A DNA stretch of 64,000 nt from an uncultured Pseudomonadales bacterium (GCA_943787425.1 CALSMJ010000001.1:793271-857270); one strand, 5' to 3'. Shown: positions 1 through 10,874, counted from the stretch's first letter. Numbers and translations: made by a program. The notes: generated by a model not told the origin, from the letters alone.

Positions 1-98
1 CGCGCCCAATGACCCACCACCGGGGCCGACTCACCTAAGCGCCCTAGATGGGCCTGCCCTGAGCAAACCGCCTGACCTGACGCATCCGTTCTCAGCCA

Positions 99-1172
99 TT
101 AAGCCTGACGCCACCAAAGCACACCTGCATCATCCGGCTCTGAAACCAACATGCGACGCTCTCGAGCACAGTGCAAGTGCGCGATGGCCTCACCCGTTGC
201 CGGAAAAAAGCTCATGTCGGTAATGGTACTTTTAAAAATAGCGGGGAACACGTCCACAGCCCGTTTCGGCGTCTGGCACAAGTCATAGAGATTCTCGAGC
301 GCTACTTCATGCCAATCGACCAACGCCGTTAAACGCTCATGAACCCCCTCAAAAAGCTCCTGGTGTGCGGGTAAAACCATCAGATTCGGGGGCAGAACTT
401 CTCTAAAATGAATGCAGGATTGGATCCATTCCCGAAGGGGATTGGCATCCGGCTCTGAAGGCTGCACGCTTACATTCGGCGTGATTCTCGGTAGGATTTG
501 ATCGCCCGCAATCAACAGTTTTAACTCAGGACAATACAAGCAAACATGCTCAGGCGCATGCCCCTTGCCAATCAGCGCGCGCCATTCCCGGCCATTGATA
601 TCGATATACTGACCATCCTGTATTCGCTGGTAGCCGGCTGGCAAGGCCGAAATACTGGCCCCAAATTGGCCAAACCGTTCCCGATAACGATTGAGACGGC
701 GCTCATCAAAGCCAGCGCGCTGATAAAATCGGATCGCATCCTCCGGGACGTCTTTAGGTTGATCAAACGCCATCACCTTGCACATGTAAAAGTCGCTCCG
801 ACTCATCCATAAAGGACAATCAAACTTTTGAGCCAGCCACCCCGCATTACCCGTATGGTCCGTGTGTAAATGCGTGGCGATCACCCGTGTGATCGGTTGC
901 CCGCCTAACACTTCAACAAACAAGGCCTCCCAGACTGCCTTCACCGCATCGGTATGGATGCCAGTATCTACGACCGTCCAGCCATCGTAATCCTTTAGCA
1001 GCCAGACATTAATGTGATTCAACCGTCCCCAAAGCGGCAGTCGCGCCCAAAATACCCCATCGGCGACCTGGGTTACCTTACCCGGCTCTGGTGCTTCATC
1101 CTGAAATCGATACACTAGCGGGTCAAATCCCCGGCGGGATTTTTCATTTCTACTCATTGTTACCTCACTCAC
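99..1172 (-). CDS. MBL-fold metallo-hydrolase
   Basis: 357-aa ORF with the metallo-beta-lactamase zinc motif HxHxDH (THLHTDHTG). It covers nearly the whole interval. The overlapping short ORFs are antisense artefacts. Confidence 0.85.
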   Translation of the reverse strand: MSEVTMSRNEKSRRGFDPLVYRFQDEAPEPGKVTQVADGVFWARLPLWGRLNHINVWLLKDYDGWTVVDTGIHTDAVKAVWEALFVEVLGGQPITRVIATHLHTDHTGNAGWLAQKFDCPLWMSRSDFYMCKVMAFDQPKDVPEDAIRFYQRAGFDERRLNRYRERFGQFGASISALPAGYQRIQDGQYIDINGREWRALIGKGHAPEHVCLYCPELKLLIAGDQILPRITPNVSVQPSEPDANPLREWIQSCIHFREVLPPNLMVLPAHQELFEGVHERLTALVDWHEVALENLYDLCQTPKRAVDVFPAIFKSTITDMSFFPATGEAIAHLHCARERRMLVSEPDDAGVLWWRQA

Positions 1173-1335
1173 CTTGTCCGCAACCGGACGTAAAACGATC
1201 TAAAACCGCAACGCTGCGCAATCGGCGCGCGCCAAGCTTTGGGTGATATTTAGATTGCTCGATGGAACAGATCCACATTTTCCGATTGGTTACACTATAC
1301 TTCCGGCGTTTAAATCTCGGCAGCCCCAACGGCAC

Positions 1336-2571
1336 ATGAATCATAACACTGACCATCAAGAAGCAAACAACACGATGGATGACCAAGCGTTAACCTACGC
1401 GCGCCGCGTCTTGTTAACAAGTCTTGTTATTGTTGGTATGGGGTTTTCGGTCTTATTTCCGCTGCTTGCGCCGATTGGTCGAGAAATGGGGCTGAGTGAA
1501 TTCCAGATCACCAGCATTATCGGCGCGTCGTCCCTGGCCGTCTTTTTGGCATCCCCCATTTGGGGACGCTTCAGTGACTCTTTTGGCCGAAAGCCCGTGA
1601 TGCTGATTGGTTTGTTCGGCTTCAGCGCCGGCACCATTTTATTTAATTCCGTTCTTAATTTGGGCTTAACCGGCGCCTTAACCGGTACCGCGCTGTTCGC
1701 CGCGCTCATTGTGGCCCGATTGTGTCACGCCTCAGTGATGTCGGCTGCCATGCCCGCGGCTACCGCTTATATGGCCGATATCACAACGGTTGAAAACCGA
1801 ACCAAAGGGATGGGTGCCTCTGGCGCCGCAAACAATCTGGGCTCGATTTTGGGTCCTGCACTGAGCGGGCTCGCCGTCTTTTCGCTGCTCTTGCCGTTAT
1901 GGCTGATTGCTGTCCTGGCATTTTTAAACGGCCTCTTTGTCTGGCGATTTCTGCCGCAATCGCCAAAACCCAAAACCAAACGCACGGTTAAAGGACCCGT
2001 ATTGAAATATACCGACCCCAGGATTCTTCCGTTTATTATCGTCGGCGTTTTGATGTTCATGGGTTTCGCCTTGGTGCAACAAACCATGGGCTTCCGGTTT
2101 CAAGACGCCCTTGGCCTTTCGGCGCCAGAAACCGCGCGGGTTCTTGGCCTTGCCATGATGCTTTCTGCCGGCGCCTCATTATTTGCCCAAGGCGTCGTGG
2201 TGCAACGCTTTAAACTTGCACCCTTTGATCTGCTGCGCCTCGCCATTCCCTTACTCATCATCTCGTTCACGATCATGGCTCTGTTTCAGACCCAATTGAT
2301 GCTCACCCTCGCCATGGGGCTGCAGGGTTTTGCCATGGGCATGGCGGGTCCGGCTTTCATGGCCGGGGCATCCCTTGCGGTGTCGTCAGAGGAACAGGGG
2401 TCGGTCGCCGGTATTGCATCGAGTTGCGGCCCACTTGGTTTCACGGTGGGCCCCATTTTTGGCGGCTTGCTGTATCAAATCAACCCGGTTTTGCCCTATG
2501 CCTTTGCCGCGACTGTCTATATTATTCTAATGCTGAGCATGGGCTACTTACGGAAGAAAATGACCAGTTAG
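1336..2571 (+). CDS. MFS transporter
   Basis: Multi-pass hydrophobic protein with MFS motif A (GRFSDSFGRKPVMLIG). ATG at 1336 (MNHNTD...) is preferred to the track start at 1243, because the upstream 31 residues look non-protein-like. Confidence 0.8.
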   Translation: MNHNTDHQEANNTMDDQALTYARRVLLTSLVIVGMGFSVLFPLLAPIGREMGLSEFQITSIIGASSLAVFLASPIWGRFSDSFGRKPVMLIGLFGFSAGTILFNSVLNLGLTGALTGTALFAALIVARLCHASVMSAAMPAATAYMADITTVENRTKGMGASGAANNLGSILGPALSGLAVFSLLLPLWLIAVLAFLNGLFVWRFLPQSPKPKTKRTVKGPVLKYTDPRILPFIIVGVLMFMGFALVQQTMGFRFQDALGLSAPETARVLGLAMMLSAGASLFAQGVVVQRFKLAPFDLLRLAIPLLIISFTIMALFQTQLMLTLAMGLQGFAMGMAGPAFMAGASLAVSSEEQGSVAGIASSCGPLGFTVGPIFGGLLYQINPVLPYAFAATVYIILMLSMGYLRKKMTS

Positions 2572-2648
2572 CCCGGCCATAAACTTGGCGTTAAACCCAT
2601 CCGTCAACACAGTCTCGTTCGAAGGATCCAAAGACCAAGGTCCATTTT

Positions 2649-4472
2649 ATGACTCAAGACACACACTCAATGGTAGGCATCGGCGATCTAAATGACGCCG
2701 AATCAGCGAGTCTTGTTGTTAACCGTCACCATCAAGTCATTGACTTGCATCCCTCAATCGAAGCCATCATGGCCTGGCCCAAAGCGGACCTGATTGGCCA
2801 CCTACTTGAGGAACTCGTTCACCCAGGAGATTTAACCGCGCTCGCGGACTTACTCTCCGCCCCAGCCGCCGAGACAAACGCCCGAGCGATTTTGATTCGC
2901 CTCCAACATGCGATTGAGGGCTGGGTCTGGGCAAGGCTCACCGAGACGACCCCAGACGTTTCAGGCCACCGCCGATTTGATGTGATGCGGCAAGTTAATA
3001 CAGAGGCGCTCCCGCAGGACAACGAAACCAACTCTGAGTTGGCGTCTGATCTTGCAGCGCTGATCAGCGCCCAAAGTCAGGTTCTCGTCTTTGACCAATC
3101 TCTTATTTACCTCGGATCGAGTGCGGGCTTCACGACGGTTTTTACGACCGAGCAGCAAGACCTTCAAGGCGCTTCACTGGCAGAAATTTGCCATCGATTT
3201 TTGCTGGTGGAAAACGCGGCCGAGCGCGCAGCCCTCAGCCCGAGCCGCTTGTCATCCGAGGCGGGCTGGCAGGGCAATGTCACCATCACAATTCCACAGG
3301 GCTTAAAGCCCTTTCATTTAGTGAGCCAGTACCAAAAGCTGGCCAAGACGCAGCAACGCGTCCTAGTTCTCACGTTCTCTGCTGTGACCACACTGCAGCT
3401 CGAGTCCGATGCGTTGCCAATGGAGGTTTTCACCTCGGTTCGAGACATCGCACACGAGTTCAGGAATGTTTTCGGCGTTATCTCAGGTCATACCGAGTTA
3501 ATGCGCTCGAATCCCAATCCAACCCAAAGCAATTCAATCAATCAATTGTCGAGATATTCTCAAAAAGCGATCGATCTGCTCGAAGCCCTGGCATTATTGG
3601 GTTACCTCGATGATGGCCGAGAAACCCACTTCAACCCGATGGACCACGTCAACACCCTCGACCCGCTCCTAGGATTGATCGCCGGCGATCGATTAACCTT
3701 GCATCGGCAAGCGGATCTTGCCGACTTTGAATGTTTTGGTCGCCCTGCGAAATTTGACCATGCCCTATTGGCGACGATCCGAACGGCAACTCAGCTCACT
3801 GCCGCCTCCGGGCCAATTCAAATCAATTTCAGCAGTGCTTACAACTTTCTAACGATCATTCTCAAACTCGAATACCTTGACGCAGGCCCCTTACAAGGCC
3901 CTCAAAACGACGCGAACAGCCGACAAGACCTTGAAGCGCACCTGTTGCGCCAATTTGAGGCGCTGGCTGCCCTCGGTGCTGAATATCGAGCAACGCCCTC
4001 CTTGGAAATCGATGGCAGCAGGCTGTCGCTGATGCTTTCACTGCCTGGCGAGATGCGACCAACCGATCGCCATGCACCCGATGTTGTGGTCGAGCGGGCG
4101 ATCAAACAAGCCCTGCTTATCGAAGACGATCCCGGCGTTCGAGATTTGGTTGAGTTGTTTCTTGGTAGCTTGGGTATGGATGTCACGAGTTGCAGCGCCG
4201 AGCAAGAAGTCTTAAAGCTTCCGAACTATGACTTCGACATCATCGTGTCGGATGTCATGCTCGCGAGCGGTAAAACCGGACCTGACTTGGTTCGCAATAT
4301 TCGATCAAAACAGCCGGACATCGCGTGCTTATTCATCTCAGGCTACAAACACGGGGCCCTATCCAATGAAGACCTCGCACATCCGAAAACCGATTTCTTA
4401 GCCAAACCTTTTTCAAAGAGCGAATTCGGAAAACGCGTGCAAACGCTTCTGGCCTTGTCGACAACCGCCTAG
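2649..4472 (+). CDS. Hybrid sensor histidine kinase / response regulator (PAS-like N-terminus, H-box, degenerate ATPase domain, C-terminal receiver)
   Basis: H-box HEFRNVFGVISGHTELM. C-terminal receiver domain LLIEDDPGVRDLV...IIVSDVML...FLAKPF. The N-box and G-box of the ATP-binding domain are not evident by eye. Confidence 0.75.
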   Translation: MTQDTHSMVGIGDLNDAESASLVVNRHHQVIDLHPSIEAIMAWPKADLIGHLLEELVHPGDLTALADLLSAPAAETNARAILIRLQHAIEGWVWARLTETTPDVSGHRRFDVMRQVNTEALPQDNETNSELASDLAALISAQSQVLVFDQSLIYLGSSAGFTTVFTTEQQDLQGASLAEICHRFLLVENAAERAALSPSRLSSEAGWQGNVTITIPQGLKPFHLVSQYQKLAKTQQRVLVLTFSAVTTLQLESDALPMEVFTSVRDIAHEFRNVFGVISGHTELMRSNPNPTQSNSINQLSRYSQKAIDLLEALALLGYLDDGRETHFNPMDHVNTLDPLLGLIAGDRLTLHRQADLADFECFGRPAKFDHALLATIRTATQLTAASGPIQINFSSAYNFLTIILKLEYLDAGPLQGPQNDANSRQDLEAHLLRQFEALAALGAEYRATPSLEIDGSRLSLMLSLPGEMRPTDRHAPDVVVERAIKQALLIEDDPGVRDLVELFLGSLGMDVTSCSAEQEVLKLPNYDFDIIVSDVMLASGKTGPDLVRNIRSKQPDIACLFISGYKHGALSNEDLAHPKTDFLAKPFSKSEFGKRVQTLLALSTTA

Positions 4473-4603
4473 GGCACGCTTTGACGGGCCTTGCCTGTCG
4501 CCGAGGTCGCCTCAGATCCCTTCGCGCGCCTCAGAGCCACTGCGTGTTGAGTTGGTTATTTGATCACGCTAAAGTTCTGACTCTTCGAACAGACGCAAGC
4601 CCT

Positions 4604-6139
4604 ATGTCAAAACCCAAACGCGCCATCGTTTTATTGCTCGACAGTCTGAATCGTCACATGCTCGGCTGCTACGGCGGGACAGAATTTACCACCCCTAATA
4701 TTGATCGTCTTGCCGCGCGCTCCCAACGTTTCACCAAGCATTACACCGGGTCCCTGCCCTGCATGCCAGCGCGACACGACATTCTGTGCGGTGCGCTGGA
4801 TTTTCTATGGAAGCCCTGGGGCTCCGTCGAGCTCTGGGAACGCCCGCTCACGTACGAATTGAAACGACAAGGGGTGATCACGAAACTCATTACCGATCAC
4901 CCCCACCTGTTTGAAACGGGCGGTGAGAACTACCATACCGATTTTTTCGCCTGGGATTATCTTCGAGGTCACGAGAGTGATCCTTGGAAAACGCGGCCAG
5001 ATCCCTCCTGGCAAGGCGCACCCGCAATGCCTGCCGGGACGAAATATCCAGACAAAGCGTCCGCCTATGATTTTTCAAGAACCTACTTTAAAGCTGAAGC
5101 AGACTATCCAGGCCCAAAGACGCTACAAGCGACCGCCGACTGGCTACAAGATCATGGCCAACAACATGAATCGTTCTTTTTGTTTGTCGACGAATTTGAT
5201 CCCCATGAACCGTTCGATACCCCGGAACCTTGGGCCAGTCTGTACGATCGTGATTGGGAGGGCGAACGCATCATCTGGCCACCCTATGCAACCGACACGC
5301 TGAAAAACGGCATCATCACCGAGCGTGAGGCCCATCACATCCGCCAGAACTACGGCGCCAAACTGTCAATGATCGATCACTGGCTGGGAAAAGTGTTAGA
5401 CGCGCTGGATAACGGTGGATTCTGGGACGACACCTTGGTGATCTTATGCACAGACCATGGCCACTATCTCGGCGAAAAAGATATTTTTGGTAAGCCCAGG
5501 GTCATGCAATACGAGCCGATTGGCCACACACCTTTGCTCATCTATCATCCCGATGCAGCGCCCAAGGTGATTTCAACCTTGAGCACCAATGTCGATCTGC
5601 ATGCGACGCTGACCGACCTGTTCGACCTTCGCGTTGATCACATAACCCATGGTCGATCGCTTTTGCCTGATATCCTTGGGTTAAAAACCCCCGAGCGGGA
5701 GTGGGCCGTTGGCGGCATATTTGGCAACTGGGTCCAAATCCAGGACGGCCGCTACAAATATGCCAGAGGCCCGACAAACGACAACGCACCACTGTCCATG
5801 TGGTCCAACCGTTGGTCGACGATGCCCGTTCCGTATTATCCAGGATTACGATTACCCAATCCCGATGCCCGCGCCTATATTGATTTCATGCCGGGATCTT
5901 CGATTCCAGTCTTACGGCAACCTTTCGAGCCTGGCGACATGCTGCCCTTTTGGTCTATGGACGCAAGCCTTAATGATCACTATTTGTTTGATCTTCAGGA
6001 GGATCCCCATGAGGAACACAACCTCATCGGATCCAAACTCGAGCAGCGAATGATTGCGCTGCTTGAAGACGCCTTGCGCGACCTTGATGCGCCAGTCGAG
6101 CAAGCTAAGCGACTGGGGTTGCCGAGCGCGTCGCACTAG
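4604..6139 (+). CDS. Cys-type sulfatase (arylsulfatase family)
   Basis: Sulfatase signature C-x-P-x-R (LPCMPARHD) near the N-terminus, and CTDHGHYLGE further on. ATG at 4604 (MSKPKRAIVLLLDS) is preferred to the TTG at 4481. Confidence 0.85.
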   Translation: MSKPKRAIVLLLDSLNRHMLGCYGGTEFTTPNIDRLAARSQRFTKHYTGSLPCMPARHDILCGALDFLWKPWGSVELWERPLTYELKRQGVITKLITDHPHLFETGGENYHTDFFAWDYLRGHESDPWKTRPDPSWQGAPAMPAGTKYPDKASAYDFSRTYFKAEADYPGPKTLQATADWLQDHGQQHESFFLFVDEFDPHEPFDTPEPWASLYDRDWEGERIIWPPYATDTLKNGIITEREAHHIRQNYGAKLSMIDHWLGKVLDALDNGGFWDDTLVILCTDHGHYLGEKDIFGKPRVMQYEPIGHTPLLIYHPDAAPKVISTLSTNVDLHATLTDLFDLRVDHITHGRSLLPDILGLKTPEREWAVGGIFGNWVQIQDGRYKYARGPTNDNAPLSMWSNRWSTMPVPYYPGLRLPNPDARAYIDFMPGSSIPVLRQPFEPGDMLPFWSMDASLNDHYLFDLQEDPHEEHNLIGSKLEQRMIALLEDALRDLDAPVEQAKRLGLPSASH

Positions 6140-6254
6140 CGCCGGCACACAAAGCCCCCTCATCCAAGGGTGCCGGATGCGCTGAGAGTCTTAGGCGACG
6201 CAGTATTTTCAATGACCTGCTGGCAACGCTCGTCCGTCAACAAACCGGTTGGCC

Positions 6255-7115
6255 TTATGCCAAAGGCGCCGCCGCCCCGGGTGTAACGGTCAAAGTACCC
6301 GCTAGATGCACATCTCGCTGAGGGTAGGCAATACTAATCCCCGCATCACGAAATGCCGCATCTATTGCCAATCTTAGATCGCTCCTGACAGATCTTGCAC
6401 TCACGACATCCGATAGTTGAATCCAAAAATAGGCATCAAAAATCAGTGCACTGTCCCCGAAATCCTCAAACACCACCTCGGGCGCAGGCTCGACGAGAAT
6501 ATCGGACTGCGCCCGCATGAGCCTCTCCAGTAAGGACTTCACCTCAGCAACATCTGAGCCATAGGCGACGCCAACGCGAACAATGCATCGCAACAAACGA
6601 TCCACAAGGGTCCAATTTACGACAATTTCCTCTAAAAGCTTGGCATTGGGAATGAGCAGATGGACGCCGTCCGGACGTTTCAGTCGGGTCGAGCGCGTAT
6701 TGATTTCCTGAACAGACCCTTGTACGCCCGACACCTCAATGAAATCATTAATTCGGATGGGGCGCTCCCAAATCACAATCCAACCACTGATAAAGTTATT
6801 AATAATATTTTGTGCACCAAACCCCACGCCGATCGCAACCGCGCCCGAGATAAAGGCAAAAGCCGTTAACGGCACTTTTAAAATTTGCAACGCGATCAGC
6901 GTAATCACCAAAAGCACGGCGATGTGAAGCAAACGCCGGGTGACCTGAACCAGATCCGGATTCGTGCCGCGTTTGGTCATACTTCTTAAAACCAAAAGCG
7001 CCAAAAAATTCAACAGAAAATAACCCAACAATAACGCGATGGGTAACATTAGAATTTGATTCAGGCTGACATCCTGACCCGAAAATTGAAACAACACTTG
7101 ATCCAGACTGGGCAT
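6255..7115 (-). CDS. Small-conductance mechanosensitive channel (MscS family)
   Basis: Three N-terminal TM helices, then an MscS beta-domain pattern (ISGWIVIWERPIRINDFIEVSGVQGSVQEINTRSTRLKRPDGVHLLIPN). A strong Shine-Dalgarno AAGGAGG lies about 7 nt upstream of the ATG on the minus strand (7121-7128). Confidence 0.8.
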   Translation of the reverse strand: MPSLDQVLFQFSGQDVSLNQILMLPIALLLGYFLLNFLALLVLRSMTKRGTNPDLVQVTRRLLHIAVLLVITLIALQILKVPLTAFAFISGAVAIGVGFGAQNIINNFISGWIVIWERPIRINDFIEVSGVQGSVQEINTRSTRLKRPDGVHLLIPNAKLLEEIVVNWTLVDRLLRCIVRVGVAYGSDVAEVKSLLERLMRAQSDILVEPAPEVVFEDFGDSALIFDAYFWIQLSDVVSARSVRSDLRLAIDAAFRDAGISIAYPQRDVHLAGTLTVTPGAAAPLA

Positions 7116-7130
7116 TTTAGGGCCTCCTTA

Positions 7131-7166
7131 CTACCATCATCACTACCACCATCACTACCACCATCG
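7131..7166. repeat. 3 x 12-bp tandem repeat (ctaccatcatca / ctaccaccatca / ctaccaccatcg) spanning the stop codon of the CorA/ZntB-like gene
   Basis: Read directly from the sequence. The third copy encodes the terminal RWW-stop of the 7155-8099 gene on the minus strand. Confidence 0.85.
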
Positions 7167-8099
7167 GCGCATTTGAAACCAAAGTAAGATTGCCAGACTG
7201 AGCCCAGCCATTGAGCCGACGACCCAAAAAAACCCTAACGGACTGTCAACGCCAGGCAAACCACCCACATTCATGCCAAATACGCCCGTGATAAGGGTCG
7301 CCGGCAGAAACAGGCCTGCCACCAATGAAAGCAGGTAACCGCGCTTATTTTGCGCGTCATGTAAGCGATGATTCAAACCCTCTTGCACAAAACTTGCGCG
7401 CTCCCGAATCAACTCTAAATCTTCGACATACCGCATAAAGCGGTCTGCTTGGTCCCGAACTTGGTCGGTTTCAGTCTCGCTCAGCCGTTGTGTATTGCCC
7501 CTCGCCAACTCAAACAGCGCATCGCGCTGGGGTGCAATGAACCGCCTTAACGAGGCAATTTGTCGTCGTAAATCGGATATTGCAAGGGCGGTCAGGTCAA
7601 ACGATGTTTCAAGCGCGTCCTCTGCCGCATCAACCCGCTCGGTCAGCCCATCAATATAACGCGAAACGCGATCGGCCAATGCCGCAAGGATATGAATCAA
7701 AACCCCCTGAACTGTTTTAGGGCCATCGCCCGATTCAACTTGCTGGCGAACTTCCTGAACAGAGGCCAGGGGCTGTCGCCTTACTGTGATAATCAATTGG
7801 TCCTGCACCCATATTCTGAGCGAGATCATATCCACAGGATCTTGATCCAAGTTCAAATTGATCCCCCGCAAAATAAGCAGCAGACCATCGTGCATTTGAA
7901 TCAACCGTGGGCGCGTTTCGCTTGCCAATAATCGCTCGATCACAGGCGCCGTAAGGCCTAGGGCCAGCAGGTCCGCCTCAACGCCGAATTGAAGCGCATC
8001 AAAGTGTATCCACGCGGCCTCTGAGACCGGCAAATCGCTTAGATTCGTGCGCTTTGCCCCATCTGACAAAGTCAGCGCAAACACGACGCTTTCGCTCAT
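7155..8099 (-). CDS. CorA/ZntB-family divalent metal transporter
   Basis: 314 aa with two C-terminal TM helices and the family motif GMN (TGVFGMNVGGLPG). The overall layout resembles ZntB. Confidence 0.8.
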   Translation of the reverse strand: MSESVVFALTLSDGAKRTNLSDLPVSEAAWIHFDALQFGVEADLLALGLTAPVIERLLASETRPRLIQMHDGLLLILRGINLNLDQDPVDMISLRIWVQDQLIITVRRQPLASVQEVRQQVESGDGPKTVQGVLIHILAALADRVSRYIDGLTERVDAAEDALETSFDLTALAISDLRRQIASLRRFIAPQRDALFELARGNTQRLSETETDQVRDQADRFMRYVEDLELIRERASFVQEGLNHRLHDAQNKRGYLLSLVAGLFLPATLITGVFGMNVGGLPGVDSPLGFFWVVGSMAGLSLAILLWFQMRRWW

Positions 8100-8213
8100 A
8101 AGCGATCTCCTAAAATCGACCCTAAAATAATTTTATAAGCCATAGTATTTCTCTTTATTTAGCCCTAAGATTCGCGCGATTTTCTAGCCCTTACTCACGC
8201 TATTTGGCCTGCT

Positions 8214-9464
8214 ATGACCCGTATCCTGTCGTCCATTTTTGCGCTGTTGCTGAGCACCTCTATTTTGCTGACAGGTCACGGACTACAGATGATCCTGGGT
8301 CCCTTGTTAGGACTAGAACTGGCCTTTTCCGAGTTGGAAATTGGCTACACAGGTTCAGCCTACTACGCTGGATTCATTGCCGGCTGCCTCGTGATTCCAC
8401 GACTGATTCAAAAGGTCGGTCACATCCGTGTTTTTCTCGTTCTAATCTCTTTGGCAACGGTTGCTTTGCTCTTGCTTGGCATCAGTGAGAGCTTGCTGTT
8501 TTGGATCCTGGCAAGAGCGCTCTCAGGCGTTAGTTTTTCCGGTCTTTATATGATCATAGAATCCTGGTTGAGCGAATCGGCAACCCCGCAGAACCGGGGC
8601 CTGGTCTTATCGATTTACTCCGTTATCACCCTGCTCGCAATCAGCGCCGGCCAAATGTTCATAACCCTTGAATTGCCGCTGACGAGCTTGGTCATGGTCG
8701 CTGCAATCTTGTTCTTACTCAGTACCTTGCCGGTTGGCTTAACCAATTCCGCCTCACCCCAGCCCCTACACCTTGTAACCTTCAAGTTCGGCAAGGTCTT
8801 TGCCGACTCTCGAATTGCAATCTACGGCGCCTTGGTTTGCGGCCTGGTCACCTCCGGTTTTTGGGCACTTGGCCCAGTCATTGCCAAGGCCCTTCATTTT
8901 GAGGCCAGTCAAATCAGCGTCTTTATGGCCGTTACCCTTATGGGCGGCGCGATCTTCCAGCTCCCAATCGGCCGGTTTTCAGACCTCATAGATCGTCGAC
9001 TGGTAATCTCCGCGTTGAGCGGCGCCGCAAGTCTCGTTACCCTGTCAACCATTGTCCTAGGGTTTGAAAGCCCGTCCGCTTTCTACATCGTGATGTTTCT
9101 GTTTGGCGGCGCCACCTTTCCGTTGTATTCAATCAGCTTGGCCCACGCCAATGACAACTCTACCCTGTCGCCGGTCGAGACCGGTAGCGTGATATTGATG
9201 ACCTATAGCATCGGCGCGGTGATTGGACCTGTGCTGATTTCGGCAACCCTTGCCGTTTCGAACCTTGGCCTTTATTTCATCACGACCCTAATCCTTGCGC
9301 CCTTCTCCGTCTGGACCTTTATCCGATCACAAGCGATTCCAGCGACCCAACCCCATTTCACACCCTATCAGGACGTTCCCGTTACCACCCAAGAAGTCAT
9401 TCTCCTCAGCACCGATGAGATACTCGATGCGCCCACGGCCTCGGAATCCGCGGTTTTGCCCTAG
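8214..9464 (+). CDS. MFS transporter
   Basis: About 12 predicted TM segments, with an MFS-like loop motif in the second half (GRFSDLIDRRLV). Confidence 0.75.
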   Translation: MTRILSSIFALLLSTSILLTGHGLQMILGPLLGLELAFSELEIGYTGSAYYAGFIAGCLVIPRLIQKVGHIRVFLVLISLATVALLLLGISESLLFWILARALSGVSFSGLYMIIESWLSESATPQNRGLVLSIYSVITLLAISAGQMFITLELPLTSLVMVAAILFLLSTLPVGLTNSASPQPLHLVTFKFGKVFADSRIAIYGALVCGLVTSGFWALGPVIAKALHFEASQISVFMAVTLMGGAIFQLPIGRFSDLIDRRLVISALSGAASLVTLSTIVLGFESPSAFYIVMFLFGGATFPLYSISLAHANDNSTLSPVETGSVILMTYSIGAVIGPVLISATLAVSNLGLYFITTLILAPFSVWTFIRSQAIPATQPHFTPYQDVPVTTQEVILLSTDEILDAPTASESAVLP

Positions 9465-9504
9465 AACCGATCGCCTGGCATCATGGCTTCGCTGCCATCG
9501 GCTT

Positions 9505-10410
9505 TTATCCTCGTCCTCGCGTTTTGGTGTCGCCTTTTCTTGCTTTCTGCTCCAAAAAAGTAATGATCATATGGGCCACATCTTTGTTAGTCGCCAATTC
9601 AATAGACTCAAGGCCAGGGGAGGAATTAACCTCCATCACTACCGGTCCATGATTTGATCGAAGAATATCGACACCGCACACGTTAAGCCCCATGGTTTTT
9701 GCCGCTCGAACGGCTGTAGAGCGCTCCTCGGGCGTGATGCGGATCAAACTGGCGGTGCCCCCTCGATGGATGTTCGAGCGAAACTCACCCTCCTTTGCCT
9801 GACGTTTCATGGCCGCAACCACCTTATCGCCAATAACGAAACAGCGGATATCGGCGCCACCAGCCTCCCCGATATATTCCTGAACCAGGACCGATACATT
9901 CAACCCAAAGAAAGATTGGATCACACTTTCAGCCGCCTTAGGGGTTTCCGCAAGCACTACACCAATGCCTTGAGTGCCTTGCAACAGCTTAATGACGAGC
10001 GGGGCACCGCCCACCATCTTAATCAAATCGGCGATATCATCTGGCTTGTTGGCAAAACCGGTCACCGGCAAACCAATACCCCGACGCGATAACAGCTGCA
10101 TCGAGCGCAGTTTGTCGCGGGAACGACTGATCGCGACCGATTCGTTCAAGGGGAACACCCCCATCATTTCAAACTGTCTCGACACTGCGGTACCGTAAAA
10201 CGTCACCGATGCACCGATTCGGGGTATGACCGCATCAAATCCAGTGAGCTCTTCACCCTTGTAGTGAATCGACGGTCGATGAGAGGTGATGTTCATGTAA
10301 CAACGAAGCACATCAAGCACTTTAACGTCGTGACCCCGCGCCTCGGCTGCCTCAATGAGACGTCGGGTTGAATACAGATTCCGATTTCTGGAAAGCAAGG
10401 CGATTTTCAA
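9505..10410 (-). CDS. rimK: Ribosomal protein S6--L-glutamate ligase RimK (ATP-grasp)
   Basis: The N-terminus [33 protein letters not shown] and the ATP-grasp core are typical of RimK. It is followed by the usual partner gene. Confidence 0.9.
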   Translation of the reverse strand: MKIALLSRNRNLYSTRRLIEAAEARGHDVKVLDVLRCYMNITSHRPSIHYKGEELTGFDAVIPRIGASVTFYGTAVSRQFEMMGVFPLNESVAISRSRDKLRSMQLLSRRGIGLPVTGFANKPDDIADLIKMVGGAPLVIKLLQGTQGIGVVLAETPKAAESVIQSFFGLNVSVLVQEYIGEAGGADIRCFVIGDKVVAAMKRQAKEGEFRSNIHRGGTASLIRITPEERSTAVRAAKTMGLNVCGVDILRSNHGPVVMEVNSSPGLESIELATNKDVAHMIITFLEQKARKGDTKTRGRG

Positions 10411-10433
10411 TGGCGTTCTCTCTTTGGGGCGGA

Positions 10434-10874
10434 TTAGGGTTTGGCATTCAATGGGATATGACGCAGCATAGAATGCTCGGCAGAGCTAACCGAAACATTT
10501 AAAGCGGCCAAACTTCGGCGGCCGATTAATACTCGAAAATTCATTGGATCCCTTCGGGTTAAACTAAACTCTGTTTGGATTGTTTGCTCGGCCAGCACCA
10601 TTGTGGACACAATGATAATGCGGCTTTCTTCTTGCCCACCGGAATTACGGACAACGCGCCGATCGAAAACCGGGACCCGGCACAATTGCCCTGCGACGTT
10701 TGATGAGCGAGGCGGCGCTAACCGGAACTCAACCTGCTCAGTGCCGTCCGCCCAAAACGTTTTAATGTCGCGCGCGTCAAGGCTCGATGTCAGCGCGCCG
10801 GTGTCCAGCTTGGCACGAATTGCACCGGGTTGAATATCGGGTAACAGAATGTATTCTTTCCAACCGACAATCAT
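10434..10874 (-). CDS. RimK-associated retropepsin-like aspartic protease (annotated in databases as ATP-dependent zinc protease, DUF785)
   Basis: 146 aa with the aspartic protease triad D-T-G ([12 protein letters not shown]). It lies immediately upstream of, and co-oriented with, rimK. Confidence 0.75.
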   Translation of the reverse strand: MIVGWKEYILLPDIQPGAIRAKLDTGALTSSLDARDIKTFWADGTEQVEFRLAPPRSSNVAGQLCRVPVFDRRVVRNSGGQEESRIIIVSTMVLAEQTIQTEFSLTRRDPMNFRVLIGRRSLAALNVSVSSAEHSMLRHIPLNAKP

